Below are positions 59,680 to 64,000 of a stretch of DNA of 64,000 nt, piece by piece (position 1 is the first letter of the stretch; every line of letters starts with the position of its first letter). A program made the position numbers and the translations under genes. The notes under the pieces are model-generated. The model did no database searches, had not been told where the DNA came from, and was given only the letters and a program-made list of their open reading frames with translations. Source of the DNA: TPA_inf: Saccharomyces (lineage: Eukaryota); the NCBI GenBank assembly GCA_000146045.2, contig BK006944.2:320001-384000 (forward strand). Reading direction: 5' to 3'.

Positions 59680-59753
59680 GGTTTCGTGGTCTAGTCGGTT
59701 ATGGCATCTGCTTAACACGCAGAACGTCCCCAGTTCGATCCTGGGCGAAATCA
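59680..59753 (+). tRNA. tV(AAC): tRNA-Val (anticodon AAC), intronless, 74 nt, CCA not encoded
   Basis: The sequence GGTTTCGTGGTCTAGTCGGTTATGGCATCTGCTTAACACGCAGAACGTCCCCAGTTCGATCCTGGGCGAAATCA folds as a cloverleaf. The 7-bp acceptor stem is GGTTTCG/CGAAATC, the anticodon loop is cTTAACAc, the A box is TGGTCTAGTCGG, and the B box is GTTCGATCC. Confidence 0.95.
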
Positions 59754-59764
59754 ATTAATTTTTT
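59754..59764 (+). terminator. RNA polymerase III terminator, a T7 run a few nt downstream of the tRNA 3' end
   Basis: The sequence ATTAATTTTTTTGG follows the discriminator base directly. Confidence 0.6.
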
Positions 59765-60064
59765 TGGCTTCATCACGCTCGTCAGTTGAGCTCGCACAGC
59801 ATCAGAGGCAAACTTGAATTTGGCTTAAGTATATTACAAAAACAAGAAGGAGGGAAGACTACACACATGCGTATATGTATACAGGCAAATACATATAGAC
59901 TGAAGTTAGAAAAAGGGAAAGAAAAATTATTATTAAATAAAGTAAAATTTGTAGTAATAGGAAATAGAGTAGTACAATATAAAACAAATGTTGAAAAAGG
60001 AATTCCTTATTCTCGTTGTTTGCGTGGGATAATGTTACAGTGGAAAACTAAAGTTGTTTATTTG

Positions 60065-60117
60065 TTATTCATTTTTTATGATCGAACCATTTGTAGTGGG
60101 GTCAGCCAATAACATGT

Positions 60118-60148
<31 letters not shown>

Positions 60149-61858
60149 TTGGAGCGGCTGCTGCTGTAATGAAATCGGAGGAGAAACGGGCGTATTTGGG
60201 TTGGTACTGTTACTGTTGCTTCCGGTAACTGAGTCGATGGCATTTGCGGTTATGTGCTCGATACTGTCTTGGTTCTCCATGATTTTAGTGTCCATATTCA
60301 AATTCATGTTCATGGCCTTATGTGAGTGACCGGTTGGGTTACCGTTTGGATCATTTTCGTCGGGATAACAACTTTCCCATTCCTTTAATCTTTTCTTGTA
60401 AGTTTCAGTGTATTCCGCCTTTTTGGCAGGGTCTAACTCGCGCCATCTTTCACCGATTATCTTGGTAATTTCGATTAAACCTTTATCAGGATTTTCCTTG
60501 ACGACGGTAGGTCTAATCTCCTGGGTGAACTGAATAAAGGGACCAGAGGGTCTCTTTGGGGGCAAAGTCTTTTCGTAAGCATCTCTCACAACTCTGTACT
60601 TCTCCCAGTTGGTTCTGAATTCTTCGTAGAATGGTTTTTTTTGATCATCCGTTAACTCTTTCCACCTTGCAGAAGCCAATTTAGACAATTCGGGGACCTT
60701 TGCTTCAGGGAATTGTTGAAGCAACTCATTTCTTATGGACATAGAAAACAGGAAATAAGCGGAAGAAGGTCTCTTTGGGCCTTGCTTTTTCAGTTGTTTT
60801 CTTCTCTCAATTCTGCTTTGAGTGGAAGATAATTTCTTCACCACTGGATGCTGTTGTTGCTGCTGTTGCTGTTGTAGATGATGATGTTGTTGTTGAAGTT
60901 GTTGTTGTTGTTGCAACTGGTGTTGCTGTTGTAGCTGCTGCTGTTGCTGCAACTGCTGTTGTTGTTGTAATTGCAGCTGTTGCTGCATCTGCTGCTGGTG
61001 GTGAGTCAATTGAGGTTGCAGATTGGGTGGTAACAAACCAGGATGAGTAGCGGTGTTGGCATTTCCTGCAGCATTTCCTGCAGAGGAAGGGTCCAAAAGA
61101 CTAGACAGAGCGTTCATGTTGTTCGGGTAGTATCTCTGCACCTGTGGGAGCTGAGACAAGTACGAAGCCGGGCCAGCAGCATTGTTTGCGGCGGCCGCAG
61201 CAGCCGTGGCAGGGTTTAATTGGGAGGCTGCCAGCTGGGCAGGATTACTGCTAGTGCTGTTATTGCCGCTACTAACATTGTTGTTGTTACTGTTGTTGTT
61301 ACTAGACGCGCCTGTACCCGTGACAGAAGGGTTTGTCTGTTTTTGAGTTAAATGACTTAAAAAGGAGTTGTAAAACTCGGAAAATTGTTGTTGATTGATC
61401 GTCGGATAGTTTTGGCCCGATCCGGTTTGTTGCATGTAACCGAAATCCTGAGGTAGCGCGTTAACATTAACATTGTTGTTTGAATTTGAGTTCGAATTAG
61501 CATACTGTTGTTGTTGTTGTTGCTGTTGTTGTTGTTGCGACTGCGAAGTAGGTTGCGTCAAAGATTGTGGAGGTAGTGGATAATAAACATTTTGCTGTTG
61601 TTGTTGAGGCGACTGCTGGAAGTGACCTTGATAAGGCGCTTGTTGTTGTTGCTGTTGTTGCTGCTGCTGCTGCTGTTGTTGTTGTTGAGGCTGGGCTTGA
61701 AACTGGTTCAAGTATTGGTGAGGTGTCTGGTGAGAAGCATCTCTGTACTGGGAGTCGTTGTGTTCGAGACCCTGATACTGCAGCGAATGGTCTTGGCCTA
61801 TGTTGAGTAAGTTGGAGTTAGAGGCGTCGTCCTGTTTGGGCGAGATACCGGTGTTCAT
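60065..61858 (-). CDS. IXR1: HMG-box (tandem) transcription factor with multiple polyglutamine tracts; binds cisplatin-DNA adducts and regulates hypoxic genes
   Basis: The protein is 597 aa from the ATG (cat 61856-61858; MNTGISPKQDD...). It has two HMG boxes (PKRPSSAYFLFSMSIRNELLQQFPEAK... and PKRPSGPFIQFTQEIRPTVVKENP...) and long Q runs. The track ORF extends 85 codons upstream with no supportable start. Confidence 0.9.
60841..61010 (-). repeat. IXR1: Long imperfect CAG/CAA (polyQ-encoding) trinucleotide tract inside IXR1. Further tracts lie at 60113-60150 and 61495-61690.
   Basis: The + strand reads ctgttgttgctgctgttgctgttg..., which translates to runs of Q interrupted by H and L. Confidence 0.85.
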
Positions 61859-62520
61859 TGCAGTTGTGGGTACTGTTAGCGTCGTACGTATATCACAGAA
61901 TGGATAGAAGAAGGGGATATAGTTGTGGTCTTGCCTTGACTTGCGTTGCCTTGCCTTGTCTGTGTGTAATAGAGTTCTTTGTGGGATATCAGAGCGAATA
62001 AACTTCAGCGTCACAGTCTCGGTAGCAGTAGCTGTTAGGCAGTGACCTAGCAGTAGAGGAAACAGAATACAATGCAGTACGATTACGGTACAGAGGATAA
62101 CGAAGTAAACCACATTTACAGCGAGAACGAGAGACAGAAGGAGAGAGAGAACGAATGCGCCGGGCCGTGTCTATACTTGGCTCCACCAGCTGATGTGTGC
62201 ATTTTTTTTTTGTTCCCATTCGTTCTCTCACCAAGGGGAGGTGGAAAAGAAAAGAAGAAAAAGAAAGTAAGGAAGGTCCGCTGCGCCTCTCCTTTGCTGC
62301 TGTTGCATCCGGACATCACACCCAACACAAAACCCCGCGCGGCCGTCGTCAGTAACCGTTCCACCCATTCCTCCACGGTATGTAGATCGCTAAGCACGAT
62401 GTGTATGTTTTATGGATATGTGCCGATTTTTTCCGCATTTGGTATCATATTTTGTTTTGATAATTACCGTTCTTGTTATTGCTAGTTGCTTGGGTTAATG
62501 TTCTTGTGCTATTGTTGCTG

Positions 62521-62560
62521 TTGTTATTGTTTTTATTATTGTATTATTGTATTATTATTA

Positions 62561-62596
<36 letters not shown>
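62521..62596. repeat. (ATT)n / (TTA)n trinucleotide microsatellite (about 11 pure repeats plus degenerate flanks) between the IXR1 upstream region and the MAE1 3' end. It is followed by T11 and A-rich runs.
   Basis: The sequence is ttattgtattattgtattattattatattattattattattattattattattattac. Confidence 0.8.
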
Positions 62597-62715
62597 GGTA
62601 TGTCAAGTATTATTTTTTTTTTAAAAATAAAGAAAAAAATTGTACAAATATATATATTTATATATTACTCTATATGGTTTTTTTTTTTTAAGTGCAGGCG
62701 TTGGTTATGCTTCGT

Positions 62716-64000
62716 CTACAATTGGTTGGTGTGCACCGATGGGTCATGTTGGACCTTGATCATAGGTCTGTACACAGGCTCCCACATTTGGGCTTTGACC
62801 CACTGTAAACATTCGTCAAAGTCACGAGGAACCTTGACAGTTTCGCCGGGAGCTCCTCCCGGTACTTGTTCTTGCTCGATACGGGCGGTTCCCTCCTCGA
62901 GTGCTTGCAAGATCACAGCGGTAGCTAGACGCGCAGAAGTGTTGGTGATGGTGTCCAGGCCGGGTAGCAACCCAGGTCTCGAGTCGCCCTCTCTTAGTGG
63001 CGACAATTCGGCTAGTTGGTCCACTGCAGCGGAGATCATCTTGTCTGTGATGGTGGTGGCACGCGATAGTACGGCACCTAAACCGATACCTGGGAAAGAG
63101 TAACAATTGTTGTTCTCCGAGATACGGTAACCATCAACAGGTGGGAAAGGAGATCCGGTAGCTACAAGAGCGTTGTTGTTGGTCCACTTCATTAAATCGG
63201 CAGGAACGGCTTCGTGTAGTCTAGTAGGGTTGGATAATGGGAAAATGATCGGTCTAGGATTGTGCTTGTGCATTTCTTCTACGACATCTTGAGTGAATGC
63301 GCCTGCTTGTGTGGAGCAGCCAACCAAACACGTTGGTTTGACGTTCTCCACCACATCATGTAAAGAGCGGGTGTTGATACCAGCCCATTCCGCATCACTC
63401 TTAGCGTATACGTGTTGGGCGGGAGTGGAGTTAGCCTCGTAAGATTGTAGAATTAACCCACGTCTGTCCATCAAGAAGATTTTCTTGCGCGCTTCTTCCT
63501 TGTCAACGCCGTGCGTGACCATATGATTCACAATTTGATCTGCGATACCGAGGCCCGCAGACCCGGCACCGTAAATAAGCACTCTGGTGTCTTTCAAGTC
63601 TCTGTTGGTATGTTTCAAAGCAGCAATCAACGAGGCCATCACGACGGCACCGGTGCCCTGAATGTCATCGTTGAATGATGGCAATTCGTACCTGTACTTT
63701 TCTAGTAATCTTCTAGCGTTCTTAACACCGAAATCTTCGAAATGCAGAACGGCGCTTGGATACACTTTCTTAACGGCCTTGATGAATTTTTCCAAGAAGT
63801 CGTCATATTGCTTACCCCTGATTCTGGAGAACTTGTTACCCATGTACAATTCGTCACGGGCTAGTTTCTTGTTGTTAGTACCGACGTCCAAACACACAGG
63901 TAGCACACGGCCGGGATGAATACCACCGCACAGCGTCATCAATGCCAATTTGGAGATAGCAATACGTACACCACCGATACCTTGGTCACCAATTCCCAGA
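62716..64000 (-). CDS. MAE1: Mitochondrial NAD(P)-dependent malic enzyme. Only the C-terminal roughly 430 codons are present, and the N-terminus lies beyond the window end.
   Basis: The malic-enzyme NAD-binding region (VLIYGAGSAGLGIADQIV, FNDDIQGTGAVVMASLIAA) is present. The frame stays open to position 64000. Confidence 0.9.
   Translation of the reverse strand, partial: LGIGDQGIGGVRIAISKLALMTLCGGIHPGRVLPVCLDVGTNNKKLARDELYMGNKFSRIRGKQYDDFLEKFIKAVKKVYPSAVLHFEDFGVKNARRLLEKYRYELPSFNDDIQGTGAVVMASLIAALKHTNRDLKDTRVLIYGAGSAGLGIADQIVNHMVTHGVDKEEARKKIFLMDRRGLILQSYEANSTPAQHVYAKSDAEWAGINTRSLHDVVENVKPTCLVGCSTQAGAFTQDVVEEMHKHNPRPIIFPLSNPTRLHEAVPADLMKWTNNNALVATGSPFPPVDGYRISENNNCYSFPGIGLGAVLSRATTITDKMISAAVDQLAELSPLREGDSRPGLLPGLDTITNTSARLATAVILQALEEGTARIEQEQVPGGAPGETVKVPRDFDECLQWVKAQMWEPVYRPMIKVQHDPSVHTNQL

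Overview
This window is nuclear DNA from budding yeast. It looks like the left arm of Saccharomyces cerevisiae chromosome XI, running from the 3' end of MNR2 (YKL064W) to the 3' part of MAE1 (YKL029C). I called the genes by recognising the translated ORFs from memory of the yeast proteome. The gene order and the W/C strand pattern match the systematic names one for one. The run is MNR2, YKL063C, MSN4, BLI1, FBA1, MPE1, TOA2, NUP120, TMA19, OAR1, DEF1, MDM35, ASK1, SFK1, YKL050C, CSE4, ELM1, ANR2, DCW1, PRI2, MMO1, PHD1, SPC42, VPS24, NFU1, PTM1, RGT1, AIM26, UGP1, TUL1, YKL033W-A, TTI1, tRNA-Val, IXR1, MAE1. Coding density is high, with about 35 intronless protein genes. There is one Pol III tRNA-Val(AAC) gene with a degenerate Ty1/Ty2 delta solo LTR just upstream. 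Several ORF-track entries begin at GTG or TTG codons, so I trimmed true starts to the first ATG for BLI1, ASK1, VPS24, RGT1, UGP1, TTI1 and IXR1. I see no CRISPR array, operon structure, phage or defence-island architecture, and no ORF that I do not recognise. The region is ordinary and already characterised, and I cannot support a claim of a new system. The hunt section lists cis-regulatory motif clusters (STRE, MCB/SCB, Rap1/Gcr1-like), candidate ACS matches, coding and non-coding microsatellites, and an unusual GC-rich palindromic island upstream of MSN4. All names and motif assignments come from reading the sequence and from recall, and no database search was run.
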